Below are positions 63,813 to 64,000 of a stretch of DNA of 64,000 bases, piece after piece. Position 1 is the stretch's first letter, and every line of letters starts with the position of its first letter. Both the position numbers and the translations under genes were made by a program. The stretch comes from Azolla caroliniana (taxonomy: Eukaryota; Plantae; Polypodiophyta), in NCBI GenBank assembly GCA_043228905.1, contig JBHGNT010000015.1, positions 8,990,001 to 9,054,000 on the forward strand, read 5' to 3'. The notes under the pieces are model-generated. The model had not been told where the DNA came from. It did not search any database and saw only the letters and a list, made by a program, of their open reading frames with translations.

Positions 63813-64000
63813 ACAATATAATACAATAGTACATACATACACACATACACACATACACATTTACACATAACACTTACATACAATATACAATATGTACACA
63901 CACATAGATACACATGGAATACAATACAATCCATACATAACCACACACACACATGTGTATAATATACATATATATATGTTGTATGGAACATACATACACA
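63813..64000. repeat. Continuation of the (CATA/CA)n low-complexity block
   Basis: Same composition as 49832-53382, on the far side of Copia P. Confidence 0.85.

Overview
Eukaryotic, gene-free heterochromatin-like window, most likely from a non-seed land plant (fern, lycophyte or bryophyte; inferred from the retroelement lineages). It is almost entirely nested LTR retrotransposons. About 9 copies or fragments belong to one Ty1/Copia group (gag starts MDxGMASSLPTEKL or MGSALPTEKL). The others are two Tork/Tnt1-like Copia, a complete Phygy-like Ty3/Gypsy (tRNA-Trp PBS, 4-bp TSD) plus a relic of it, an Athila/Tat-like Gypsy half, two self-priming Tcn1-like chromoviruses, a short-LTR Gypsy that looks more like arthropod elements, and a solo LTR. 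There is also a hAT-like MITE and a 3.5-kb (CATA/TACA)n block. No host gene or intact RNA gene is supported. The most notable signals are: (1) an inverted two-LTR circle junction (CA-GT-AG-TG) joined at the self-priming PBS of one chromovirus, with a related flip in the second; (2) tRNA-type Pol III A/B boxes at 32-33 nt spacing in three LTR families; (3) perfect heat-shock elements in the chromovirus LTRs; (4) a G_GAU_UUU_UAG -1 frameshift signal with a pseudoknot between Gag-Pro and RT; (5) a conserved tail after RNase H and a hairpin enclosing the PPT in the dominant Copia group. Lineage names come from motif recognition, not database searches.
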